In this document: piece by piece, positions 39,151 through 50,696 of the stretch
How the letters are laid out: the number at the start of each line of letters is the position of its first letter
Numbering within the stretch: position 1 is the stretch's first letter
Origin: Amoebophrya sp. A120
Taxonomy: Eukaryota; Protista; Dinoflagellata
NCBI GenBank assembly: GCA_905178155.1
Contig: CAJINV010000015.1
Location: forward strand, 1,299,495 to 1,363,494
DNA length: 64,000 bases
Reading direction: 5' to 3'
Translations under genes and position numbers: made by a program
Notes under the pieces: model-generated
The model's input: only the letters and a program-made list of their open reading frames with translations
Told to the model about the DNA's origin: nothing
Database searches by the model: none

Positions 39151-42100
39151 TCACAGCACATGCACAAAATCCGCGTCATCAGGGAAAAAAAAATCATCCG
39201 CGGCGTCTTTCTCGTCCGAGATAAACACATCATCCAATTCGTGCGCGTCGAGGAGATCCTCAATCTCATTCGCGTAAAAGCTCTTCAAATTCACGTACTC
39301 ACTTTCCGAGTCCTGCGCTGGGGACGTGGTTTTGGAGCTACAAATCGAGGAAGTGGTTGTGACGAAACTGGGATTCTTCTTGGTCAAACACGCGTCCTCG
39401 ACGTCTTCGCAGAAGTCTTCTATACTGCGCATAGTCGTTAATCTTCTCAAATCTTCCTCCGAGAACATGTCACTGTAGCCGCAGGGAGGCAGGAAGTTTT
39501 CGGAGAAATAACGTAGAGCGGCTTCATTTTCAGCAGTAAGAGGAGCTTCGTCATCATCATCATTATCATCAGCAGCATCATCGCGCGGAATGTCATCCTC
39601 CTCCGTGTTCTTCACTGGAACCACTCTATCCGCAGCGGAAAAAGCGCACAGCTTTTCCTGCACGTCAATTGCAAGGAAGGACTGAGTGGTGTTCGTGTCC
39701 AAAATGCGCTGGAACTCTTGGCAGATTGTCGTGGGTTTGTCATCCTCAAAAGCAGTAGTGTCGCCACCGCTAAACTTTATTTCGTCAAGATCTTCATCTC
39801 CCGTCGAAATTTCAAATTCCACGTCCGCACAACTCCCCCCGCTCGCTGTCCCCCCTAGCGCCGACGCAGCAGCATCGCTACCGACCTGAAAGTCCATCCT
39901 GTAGTAGTCCGCGACCGCTTTCTCGATCCCGAACCCGCGGTGTTTCCCGAGGAAATACAGGGGGAGTTCCAAGAGATCGCGGTTGTAGCTCGCAGTGATA
40001 TCGCCGTCCGAACCGCCGAAACTATCATCCTCCGGAACTTCGAACAAAAAATCCTCGACCAAGGGTGGCTCCAGCTTGTTCTGCCGGTTGAAGAAGAGTG
40101 TTCCTGTTGATCCTGCACCTTGTGGTCCTGCATGAGAAGATGAACCACCCGGCAGCTCCTGGTGCGCGGCCATCGGGTTCATCATCCCATCGTGGTTCAA
40201 ATAAATGTCCGAACAGATCGTCATATTTTGGCTCTTCCACTTCCTCGGTAACACCCGGCACTGTAGCTTCATTAACTTCAAATACGGTTGCTTCGTCAAG
40301 CTGTGGTTGTTGAACCTTTTCAGGATGAAAGGCGCCTTGTAGTGAATCAGCACCTTTTTCACCCGCTCGGGCTCGTCCACACAGAGGAGGTACAACACGT
40401 CCAACAGGCATTTACAGGTCTGGATCGGCCGGGTTTTGTGGTATGCACTGCAAAAGCATCGTACTCGTATTGCGATCATGCATTACAAATCTTTTTCTTG
40501 AGGTCAATCAGCATCACAATTTCTCACGCAGAGGAAATTTGTAATGCATTTATACGAGTACGATACTTATTTGCACAGGATATGTGGTACTCGGCGGCGA
40601 AATTACTCCAGTTCGGCGGAGATAGATATAGACCGTCATAGGATGAGTTATTTTTCGAAAGAGCAGAAACAGGTTTTGATCCCGATTTTTTCTTCCTCTT
40701 TTTCGTGGTTTTCGTTCCTTCTTTGTTCTCGTCCTGTTGCACGACCTGGTCGTCTTCGATGAATAGTGCGGCTGTAGTTGAGAAAAACTCGGACTCGGTA
40801 TTATCATCTTCCCACACGACGGGTTGTGATTTTGCTTTTGCTTCCACCTCCTCCGCCCCCGATGCTGTGGTCTCCTCCTCTTCGTCTTCGCTCGTGGTTT
40901 CCGTTTCCGTCCTGTCAGAAAAAAAAGCCTCCTTGTTCGTACGCGATGCCGCCGCAGCTGTTGAAAACTTCATTTCCATTTCGAAAATGTCGGCGATAAA
41001 CGGGTTTTCAAAGGACACCATCCTGTGCAAAAGTATCGCACTCGTACTAATTGCAATTATGCATGACAAATGTTGTCTTTAAGGTAAAACAACATGACAA
41101 ATTCCAGCTCTCACGCTGAGGAAATTTGTAATGCATTTGTACGAGTGCAATATTACTTTTGCAATGCATAGAACAACTTCCGTGGTTTGTCTGCCCGGGC
41201 GTGGGGAGAAACACGCCACCGGAAGATGTCCTTGATGAATTGTTCGCATTTATTAAACCACTCATGCTGTTGAAGCCGCTGGATGTCCCAGGTGGACCTA
41301 TCGCACCAGCTCCACTACTGTTGTTGTTAAAAGCGGAGAGGAAATCTTGGTTCAAGTATTTCAGCAAAACCAGAATTCCGTTGCTGTCAAACATGGCCTT
41401 GCTGAAAAAGGCAACCGTATGCATTGCACAAGCATCGCACTCGTACTAGTAATCCGAGCCCTGCAAGACAAATCATTTCCCCAAGGTCAACTGGCATTAC
41501 AAATTCGATTTTTTAAGCTGAGCAAGTTTGTACTGCAACTACTACTAGTCGTGCCATATGCCTTTGCATTGCATAAAACGCGTCGTTCTCCAACTTATCC
41601 AGCAGGAAAAACAGCAACCTCGCGCAGGCGGAGGCGACGATCTCTTTTTGCTGCTTCTCCTTGGCTTCCTTGATAGGGGAGGTGGATAAATTGTTCGCGG
41701 AAAAAGAACTTCCGTTAGTCGAGCTACCGAGCTTTTTGTCATCTGCAGTTTTATTTCTCGTTCCTTCGTAGTCCTTGTCGAAGTTCAGTTCCTGCATCAA
41801 ATCCACGCCCGCGGAAAATGTCGCGGTAGAGGAGGACTTATCCACTGAAAATATGTCTGGGTCTGGAAACTTGTGATGCTGTTTGGCAAACCATGTGGAC
41901 GACTTCATTGACAGCCAAGCATGACCAGTTTTGGAGTTGCTGTAGTGTTGCCTATCTGCATGACAAACTGCATTTCTGCATGACAGAGAAATGTGACTTT
42001 TGGGTGGTGCGCATGACAGACTTGAGAGCTATGCTACCTGTGCATCACAAGCCTTGCATTCTTCCAGACTCAGACATATTTGCAATGCGTAGGACTGGCA

Positions 42101-45100
42101 GGAGGTGAGCAGCAACCGCAGGAGAAAGATGCAGAAGTCGGAGAGCTGGTCAGTGGGCCCGAAGGATTGGAGCAGGATCAATGCTGGGTTGGTATCTGGT
42201 CGTTGAACAGAGGAGCTCTGTGCGCCAGCAGCAGCAGGAGTAAAACCAGTGTAGTCTTCATGCCGCCCGTTGCCATCCAGTGCCGTACCAGCCCTGTGTC
42301 GATTCGCAGAAGAAACTAGCTGCTTCTGACTACACTCCTGCTCAAGCAAGCTCTGCCTTGTAACCGGATTCTGGAGTAGTAACCCAATCTGGTACGAGGA
42401 CAGCTTCACATTGTTCTTTTCTGTTGGCATGCCGGCGCCACTGAGGCTGCTATTGCAAGCACGGTCGCCGGCACCATCGGTTTTGCAGTTAAACTTCCTG
42501 CTACACACGCCGTTTTGTTCTATGTTCAAGTGTTGTGCCTTCTGTCTTTCAATGATCTCCAGCGCCTCCCGGATCGCTTTTGGCGGCTTACTCCCGCTTG
42601 GGTACTTTTCTTTTAACTTCTGTTCGTGGGTAAGAAGTGCCTGCAGGGACTGAAAATCGTATTGCTCTTGCTGATAAAAGAAATTTCGCGGTCCTGAATT
42701 ATTGGTGACATGATCTTCACCCGTGGCCGTGTCTTTACGATTTTCATCCCGATAAAAAGAGCTGGAAGAGGAGGAGGACGTCCCCACTTGTACTCCGATG
42801 GCAGGTGGAGAAGTTCGCTGATCACCCGCCATGCTTGTTATCCTGCTTAGCCTTATCCCCCTCTCCATGACCTCCAGAACTTTCGTCGTCGCCAAACAAA
42901 TTTTCCGCAACGGCAGCATGGGGTACTTCGCGGTGTCCGTCCAAATCTGCAAGAGAAAGTCGAACAATTGCCGAATGGACTTGTGTAGCAGAGTAGCGGT
43001 GGCATGTTTATCATCCTCGTCGTTGACGCGGCTGGTTTGCCGCGCTATGATCTCCGTGCTGGGAATTGTCCCAGAAGATTCCTCGTCGAGAAGGACCAGG
43101 AGCTGTTTTTCGTTTTTCACAAATGCTAAAAATGGTGCCAAAATGGACCCTCCGTACTGGAGGTAGCAAAGGCTGCAGTCGTTGTGGGCGCCTCATCAAG
43201 AAGCCGAACGACTTAAGGTGCAGCCGAACGACGTAAGAAGCCGAACGACTTAAGAAGGCGCACTAGTTAAGAAGGCGCACTAGTTAAGAAGGCGCACTAG
43301 TTAAGAAGGCCCACTAGTTAAGAAGGCGCACTAGTTAAGAAGCCGCACTACTTAGGAAGCCGAACGAATTAAGGAGGCGCACTACTTAAGAAGCCGCACT
43401 ATTTGAGAAGCCGCACTATTTAAGAAGCCGAACGACTTAAGAAAAAGCCGAACGACTTAAGACAAAGCACGAGCGGCTGAAAGCGAAGCCGAACGACTTA
43501 AGAAGCCCGAAAGACTTAACGGACCCGAAAGGCTTAACGGACCCGAAAGACTTAACAGACCCGAAAGCCTTAAGGGACCCGAAAGATTTACGAAGCCCGA
43601 AAGACTTAACGGACCCGAAAGACTTACGAAGCCCGAAAGACTTAAGATGAGGCCCGAAAGGCTTAAGATGAGGCCCGAAAGACTTAAGATGAGGCCCGAA
43701 AGCCTTAATAGACCAAAAAGACTTAAAGAGCGCAGCAGCCGCACCACTCAAGACTGAATTGCGCCTGCTGGTGCGTGCGCACCGGTGGACGTTTTTTCAT
43801 CCCGAAAACGAAAATAAATCAAAATCATTAATATACGTGCATGTAGACGCAGTTGAACAGCGTTTTCACGTCCCGGAACACGTCCCGCTGCTTCATTTTT
43901 GCCAGCAATTCTCGTTTATGCATTGCAAATATGTCTGGGTCTGGAAACTTGTGATGCGGGTAGGACAATCATGATGACGCCTCAATTTGCAGCTCAGCAT
44001 GACAAGTTTCTGAGTGCCTATTGTGTGTCTTCTGCATGACAAATCGCGTTTCTGCATGACAGAAAAATGGGGCTTTTGGGTAATGTGCATGACAGCCTTT
44101 GGAGTCATGCTAGCAGAGCATGACAAACCTTGGATTCTTCCAGACCCAGACATTTTTGCATTTTATATCGTTTCAGCTTCCGCACTTTCTCCAACTTTTC
44201 CATGATTCTCTGCTCTTCCGCATACAGGTCCTCGGCTTCATCAAAGAGATCCTATGGAAAGACATTTACACGACCAGCATTTTTCTTCGCAAATTCACAA
44301 TGCGTCGACTTCGTGCGGCCACGACACGCTGGTGTACGTAGTAGGGGCAGCAATACAAAATGTCACAAAGACCTTGTGCCAGTGCCTCTGTAAGTAGGTA
44401 TGCACGAGATAAACAACAACTTGGCGACGTAACAGCAACAGCTGGTGGTGATGTCAAGAACAAGAGCACTTGCGATATCCGGTGCTGCTCGGCAACTGCT
44501 CTTTGGAGCCGATTCTGCTGGTGCGGTTACTACTACCACTACTACTACTGCTGCTACTGCTACTCCCGCCGACGCCACCGCCTACCTCGGCGGCCGCGAC
44601 CTTCTCCGCTGGCGGTCCGAACGCCTTCAGCTGTTTCAGCTTCCTCTCCAGCCGATCGACGAGCAAAGAAAACAAACTCCATTCCACGGTCTTGGAATCG
44701 GTCAACACTCCAATCGACCAGAAGAGCAACCGCGCCGGGGAGTCTTTTTTCGAACTGGACGAAGTAGTTTTTGCTTTGTTCTTTTTGTCTTTACCGGTCG
44801 TGATGTTCATCTCTTCGCGCGAACCGCCGCAAGCCGGGCTCGATAGTAGTTGTTGTTTTTCATCATGATGATCTGCGGAATCACGATCGTCCCCATCGGA
44901 CGAATTGCTGTCCTCCGAGTTGTCCGAAGCGCGCGGACCGGGGGCGGCCACATCTTGGTTAAACACCAAAGGCCATCAACTGCAAAAATGTCTGGGTCTG
45001 GAAGAATGCCAGACTTCTCCCGCAGGTTTTCCATGACCCATGAGGTCTGGTTTGTAGGACATAGCATGACAGATTCTGTGAGAGTTCTATCATGCCTATC

Positions 45101-45401
45101 CCGCATGAGAAACTGCCTCTCGATTGAGTCAAAAGTGGACAGCTTTTGGCAATCATGCAACACAGATTTTCACGTGATTCAGATTTAGCATGACAAGTTG
45201 CATTGTTCCAGACCCAGACACTTTTGCATTTGATAAAGCCTCCGACCGGTCGCAGAACTCGTCTAGCAGCGCCAGCCGCCGCTCCATGATCCGTTGGGTG
45301 AGTTTGAAGACTTTCTTATGGCGTAAGTGCAGAGCTGCTGGACGAGGTAGGGCGTATGCTTTTGGCGACAGATGTTGAAAAATGATGAGTATTAGTTGCA
45401 C
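39151..45401 (-). CDS. STRIPAK scaffold STRIP1/2 (FAM40/Far11) homolog, multi-exon; 5' end uncertain
   Basis: YPMLPLRKICL, FLLRLLLTS, QQKEIVASACARLLFFLL, MFDSNGILVLLKYLNQD and LIHYKAPFILKR...LKLMKLQCRVLPRKWKSQNMTICSDIY match conserved blocks of STRIP/Far11 (N1221 and DUF3402 regions). Confidence 0.8.
40442..40582. mobile_element. Introner family C
   Basis: TIR; perfect DR TGTGG. Confidence 0.88.
41019..41170. mobile_element. Introner family C
   Basis: TIR; DR GACAC/GAACA; frame restored (GSCSFENPF). Confidence 0.82.
41418..41575. mobile_element. Introner family C
   Basis: TIR; DR AACCG/AAACG. Confidence 0.82.
41839..42091. mobile_element. Introner family A
   Basis: TIR; perfect DR GGACT. 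Confidence 0.9.
43196..43727. repeat. Compound minisatellite of 17-21-bp TTAA-anchored units, probably intronic
   Basis: Units TTAAGAAGCCGAACGAC, TTAAGAAGGCGCACTAG, TTAACGGACCCGAAAGAC, TTAAGATGAGGCCCGAAAGAC. Confidence 0.9.
43917..44167. mobile_element. Introner family A
   Basis: TIR; perfect DR TCGTT; frame restored (RKLKRELLAK). Confidence 0.9.
44974..45235. mobile_element. Introner family A
   Basis: TIR; DR AAGGC/AAGCC. Confidence 0.88.
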
Positions 45402-47071
45402 CCCGGCGAGGACCTACGCTAAAAGCAATCACGCAAGCACTCGCTCAAAGACCAAGTGAGAATGTAGTAAGTAGCCCGCCAGCAAGAGTAGAGTGGGTGC
45501 GGTTTTCTATCTTCCGTGCGGACGAAGTACTAGCCGAAGCGTTTGCTCTCCAACCCGGGGGACTGTTTCTTCTCTCGCGCTCTTGGTTCGAACGTGGGGC
45601 GCACGGGGGTGCCGCGCAACAGAAGTGGCGCAGATCAGGCGCCCGGCTTCGCCAGTCTCGTTGCAAGCTAGCGGACCGCAAGAGCCTGCGCCCGCCAATT
45701 TTCCGACAAAACCCGCCCGGGGGGAAGTCGCGTGCCCCCGCGCCGCTCTTCACGCTGCCCAAATATACCAAGCCGGCAGGCGAAAGGCCGGAAAGGCCCG
45801 GGGCCGGACTCGCGCGGAGCGTGGCGCGACCGGCTCGCCGCAAGGCTCCAGAACCGCAGCCCCACCGCCCGAGATGGAGCCGGGTCTGCTGCCGCGGGCA
45901 AATTTGGGCCGCCGGGATGCGGATTCTGTCAGGAGCACGGGAGCCGCTGGCACCGAAGCCGCCGGCCCGGCCCTCGGCCGGACCCCCTGCTTGAGTAGGG
46001 TCTAGCACCGTTGTGGGGATGCGAACAAAAGGGGGCCCCGCTATGGATATGCAACACCGCGTCGCCCGGACTGCCCTAGTTCCAGTGCGCCAGGGAAACG
46101 GCGAAGCGCCGCCGTCGCCTTTCGTTCCCGCGCCGCAAAGGGCAGGCCGCGGGGACGCCCGGTCGCGTGCGGCCGGGCAGCGATTTCCCGCCCGGTTTTG
46201 CTTTCCCGCCGGGCCGCCCCGCCCTTTTCCGGGCCCCCTAGCCGAAGCGCGACCCTGCTTCCAGGGGCGGCAAAAGCGGACGCGGCAGGCCTGCGGCTTT
46301 TTAAGCCGTGCGTCAGGTGCCTTTCCGGCGGCTTGCGTAGGCGCCTGCGCATGGAAACGGGGCGCAATCCGACAGACATGGTCCTTTCTGGGGCGTCGAC
46401 CGGCCGGATCCCGGATCAGGACCGTCCGACCATGAGAAAGTGCAATTTGTTTCCATTTTCCTAAAGGGAAACAAATATGATTGCAGTGGCTGCAGTCGGC
46501 TTTTGCAGATCATACACCTTTAAAAAGACATACTATGTGCACCCAATGGCACTTCTATGAGCTCTGAGATGGAGGGTGGGCACCAAGCTTCTCCAAGAAA
46601 AAAATTAAAAAAAATGAAATTTGTGTGCAATTATAGAAGAATCCCAAGGGTGTGCCAAGATATGAGATGGCTGATCAAATACGTTGACAAAAGGATAGAG
46701 ATGTGTCATCTACCAACTATCTTCCGTCTGAATTTAAGGGATTTGCATCATGATAAAAATTTTTAAATTTTCTCGATTTTCTGAAATTTCTCAGAATTCC
46801 TCTTGGTGTGGTCTTGACTAGTCGCATGGGATAAAAGATGGCCGATAAGCCCTCTAATATGCTTGATATCTGATTAGTTTTATCCTACAGGTGAAGGCCT
46901 TTCACAGAGTCACCCATTGAGAAGCTTTGGAAATTTTTGATTTTTTACAAAATAACCCAAAAAAATATAATAATATAAGGGATTTAAAATGAGCAATGAA
47001 GACTGTTCAAAAAAAGTGCACTACAGTATGAAATTTAATCTGTTTTTTTTTAAATCCTGAGGCACTGGCGC

Positions 47072-47243
47072 CTTTATTTCTTGCATGTCTAGCTTGGTGC
47101 ACATTTACATTGATGTGATGACACGAATGTGGACTACTGGCCACGCGAGAAACGATCGTCGAGCCCGCCGACGGGATACCAGCTTCGCAACGCAGACCGG
47201 AAGGCGTTTCGCACGTCGAATCCAAACACCACGGGGGAGGGCC
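47072..47243. repeat. Element 1 terminal repeat B
   Basis: 172 bp, near-identical to 54090-54261. Confidence 0.9.
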
Positions 47244-47541
47244 GCTCTGCACACCCTCTCTGCACAAACGCCTGAAAGCTAACGAAGCTATCCCTTCTGC
47301 GGGAACGAGATCTGAGTGAGCGCCGCGATAGAACCAGAAAAGCCTGACTATCGGCACTCTATAGTCCACCTCCGTATCACCACACCGAACCACACGAACA
47401 GAGATCACCCGAGCTGCAGCTGCTGATGCTGCTACGTACTGTACACCTGTCCGCACATCGTGCTGTCAGCACATGTAACTGCACCCATTTTTTTAATAGA
47501 CTCTACACAAAAATACTAATGCACGTGTCGCGATCCAATGT

Positions 47542-49854
47542 CTAAAAATCCACTTCTTCATCTGAAGAGCGATCACCAGTACGACCTTCTTCTTGCATTA
47601 CTTGCCAGGCTGCCAAGGCATCGGCCAAGTGTGACACGCCTGGGGACACATCAACTACTAACAGTTTTTTATAATAATCATCCATCCCAAAGCCATCAAC
47701 AATTTCATCAAATAAATTCGGAAACAGCTTCAACAAAATTGACATTTTTTCGTCCCTGGTAGGATAATCAGCAAGATTGAAGTGCGTAGGGACGCGGGTG
47801 TTCCACGGCTTCATATCACCTTCCGCCGCAATCGACCAAAGTTCCGCTGTAAGCCGTGTGAACACCCACTTTTGCTCCTTGCTACTTTTGCCTTGTGCTA
47901 ACAAATTTTGCTGAGCACAAGTATTATCTATGGCGTGATCAAACCTCCTCCCCTGCAGCTCCTTGAAAAAGTACCGCAATGCCAGGGGGGCAACAGCTGT
48001 TTCCAACACATTGATCGGGTACAGGCGGTAGGAGGAGTGTAGTTGTGCTGCTGTACACTGCTGTCGGACACACCTGAACCGCCCATCTTTCACCAGGACC
48101 GCCGCCAAAACTCCCTTCCGATCGCTCCACTGTGCGTCGGTGTAGAGCAGCAGGTTGCTCGAAGTCGCATCTTCAAACTGCGCACTGCGCTTGAGCGGCA
48201 AGCTCATCACATGCTTGATGGCGTACAACGCGTTCTTCACATCTTCACACACCGCGACTTCTTCCCGTGCCAGATGCAGCCTTAACGGCTTCATGATCGG
48301 GCTTAAAGACCTATCTGCCACCGCAGCCAAGGAGAAGGTCAATCGGCCTAGCAACGCGTCGGTGGTGGTCATGTCCAAAATCAACGTGTTTATCGCAACA
48401 TCACAAACCTGCACAATTTGCATCTTCTTTTGCTCGGTCAGCTGCACAGTAGGATGATCTCCTCTAACATCAAAAAGCAATCCCAATATTTCTAAAAACG
48501 CGTCCACGTTGATTTTGTCCGTCATCGCCGGCAATCCCAACATCTGCAGCAGTTCCAGGAGCACATCGCGGACCAACTCGCCTAATCCTCGCAACACAAA
48601 ATTCGGGAAATCATCCACATAATCCTCCGAGTTGATCCCGTAGTGCTTCCTGAGCACACTCCGCAGCAGTTTCCCCGGCCTGCACCAGCCCGTGACGGAG
48701 TGTCTGCTGCCAAAGATGGCAGACACTCCCACGAAGTAAAAATACTTCCGCAGCTCGGGGTGGAAGACGAGGATGGTGTTGTAACAACGATGTTCCGGCT
48801 TCACCATCATGTTGTTGTAACACCTTGCAATGTCGAGCAAAACGACGTCGAGCTCGTTTTTTACAACATTCATGGCACGCCGGAATTTCCTGCTCGACAT
48901 TTCCTCGTCCACGCTGGCAAACGCCGCCTTATCCGCAAACGCTGGCTGCTTTGCTCCTGGTTTTAACAACTCCTCACTGAGCTTCTCCTGCTGTCCGGAC
49001 ACGTATCTGAGAAATTCTTTCTCATACTGTTTTTCCTGCTTCCTGCTCCTCTGCAGTACTTTGCGATTGTGTCGGACAATTTTTTTACCAGCGCAGGAGG
49101 GGTCGCGCGCCACTGCCGCGCTCGCCAAAACGTCGAGTGCCGACGGTATTGGCACTCGACACGGCAGTGGCGAACACTGGTTCGCACTGCACGCCGGGTC
49201 TATCAGCCGGACTTTTTTCGCCTGGTGCCGTGGAAATCTCCGCATGCCATAATAAATGGCTTCTCGCGCAGACTTGTTGGTGCGGATATCATCTGGAACT
49301 TCATGTGGGCCGTCTAAAAGCGCGTATCCCAGTTCGGGCAACACCGCCGTCTCTTTGACGGACTTCTCCCAGACGAGACGAGTATCGTCTTCCGACCACG
49401 CCGGTTTTGCATGCGCTCCTTCTAGCACTTTGGCGACGATTTTACTGGGTTTAAAAGCGCTGGGGTCGTCGCACATGCGGTCCTTCCTTGCTCTCGGACT
49501 CCATGTCGGATCCACCTGGCGCTCTCCAATCATGGAGAGGCCATGAAGCCACACGCGCCACGCGCAGGGATCGCTGCCGTGGTATCTCTGCCCCAAGAGC
49601 TCCCACAAGCCAAGCTTCTGACAAGTCTTGGGCTTGTTGATCCTGCTGTCGATCTGCGAGAAAAGGTCTGCTGATCTCGACGCCGTTTCCTCGTGCCACC
49701 TCTTCATCTCCGCATGTGCACGCTTTATTTTGTCTTCCGACATCTGCGCCGGGTCGGGTAGTTGTTGGGCCACATCAAAGGGGTGTTCGCGCAGCATGTC
49801 GAACTCCACCCTTTTCATAACCTTATGAACATCGAGTGCCGTGGGCAGCGGCAT
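47542..49854 (-). CDS. Reverse transcriptase / RNase H (pol) of element 1
   Basis: RT motifs LLDIARCY, AIFGSRHS, DYVDDF, EILGLLFD; DIRS-type RNase H motifs LYTDAQ, INVLE, IDN, RVPTHFNLADYPTR. Confidence 0.92.
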   Translation of the reverse strand: MPLPTALDVHKVMKRVEFDMLREHPFDVAQQLPDPAQMSEDKIKRAHAEMKRWHEETASRSADLFSQIDSRINKPKTCQKLGLWELLGQRYHGSDPCAWRVWLHGLSMIGERQVDPTWSPRARKDRMCDDPSAFKPSKIVAKVLEGAHAKPAWSEDDTRLVWEKSVKETAVLPELGYALLDGPHEVPDDIRTNKSAREAIYYGMRRFPRHQAKKVRLIDPACSANQCSPLPCRVPIPSALDVLASAAVARDPSCAGKKIVRHNRKVLQRSRKQEKQYEKEFLRYVSGQQEKLSEELLKPGAKQPAFADKAAFASVDEEMSSRKFRRAMNVVKNELDVVLLDIARCYNNMMVKPEHRCYNTILVFHPELRKYFYFVGVSAIFGSRHSVTGWCRPGKLLRSVLRKHYGINSEDYVDDFPNFVLRGLGELVRDVLLELLQMLGLPAMTDKINVDAFLEILGLLFDVRGDHPTVQLTEQKKMQIVQVCDVAINTLILDMTTTDALLGRLTFSLAAVADRSLSPIMKPLRLHLAREEVAVCEDVKNALYAIKHVMSLPLKRSAQFEDATSSNLLLYTDAQWSDRKGVLAAVLVKDGRFRCVRQQCTAAQLHSSYRLYPINVLETAVAPLALRYFFKELQGRRFDHAIDNTCAQQNLLAQGKSSKEQKWVFTRLTAELWSIAAEGDMKPWNTRVPTHFNLADYPTRDEKMSILLKLFPNLFDEIVDGFGMDDYYKKLLVVDVSPGVSHLADALAAWQVMQEEGRTGDRSSDEEVDF

Positions 49855-50696
49855 ACTGTTTTCTTTTTCCTCAAGTGACGCGAGTATCGATTTCAATCAG
49901 ATCAGACGTAGAAAGACTCGGCGACTTCACTTCAACTCTACTCTGTGCACCAACACACTCAGTCTTTGCATGTGAAACAAGTGGCATGCGATGATCTACT
50001 TTAGTCTTACACTTTGATGAGAATAAACGATGACTAGCTGCTACTTTGTGTGAGTAACTTCAATTCTTTGCACACTACTTCTCTGCCCCCAATGCGTACG
50101 ACTTGCAAATGCTGCGCTTGCGCGACTTTTGAACGATTTGCGACAGTGCTTCCTTGACTCTGGCCAGCTACACGACTTCCATTTACAACCGACGTTCAAG
50201 CTTGACTGCTACTTTGTACACAGCAACCGACGCTCTTGAGGACGTTCACGACGACTGCGTTGCACTTTGGCCACATGGGCAGCAATCTTTCTTGCTGGGG
50301 ACACACACATATCTGCAGCTCCTAGCTGCAACTACAAGTTCGCACTTGCGCTCACATTTTTAAAAACAAATATGTATCTTCCGTTGCTGTGCATTTCCAA
50401 CAGTAAGTTTGTACATGACGCTAACAAATTGCTCTGTCATTTATTTTCCAGTATTGACAAATCAACGTCAATCGTCATAAACTATACTGTTGCCAGGTCA
50501 CGTCACTGGATAAAAAATCAGAAAAATGAATTTTTGATAAACAAATCAGTGCACAGCAGCCCGAAAAAACCATGTATAAGTACTCTCATGGAGAGTTAAT
50601 TACTTTCTAATTTTTATTTTCATTTTTTGAAACGACATTAGCGGACGCTGCTGTGCACTGTACATTTGAAAAACTCATAAAAGGCAAGAATCACAT

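Noticed and set aside
43196-43727. CRISPR array, or the KSFG-repeat ORF 43437-43751
   Set aside because: Units are contiguous with no unique spacers, no cas genes are present and the context is eukaryotic; the ORF results from unit lengths divisible by 3.
409-45235. Recurring peptides in the ORF track (KCKNVWVWK, FQTQTFLHL, LPDPDIFAFD, MQKCLGLE) as a repeated protein domain
   Set aside because: They are the six-frame translations of the family A TIR, not protein.
45445-46464. Overlapping ORFs of 110-190 aa on both strands
   Set aside because: Expected in very GC-rich DNA; Arg/Pro/Ala-biased, with no motifs.
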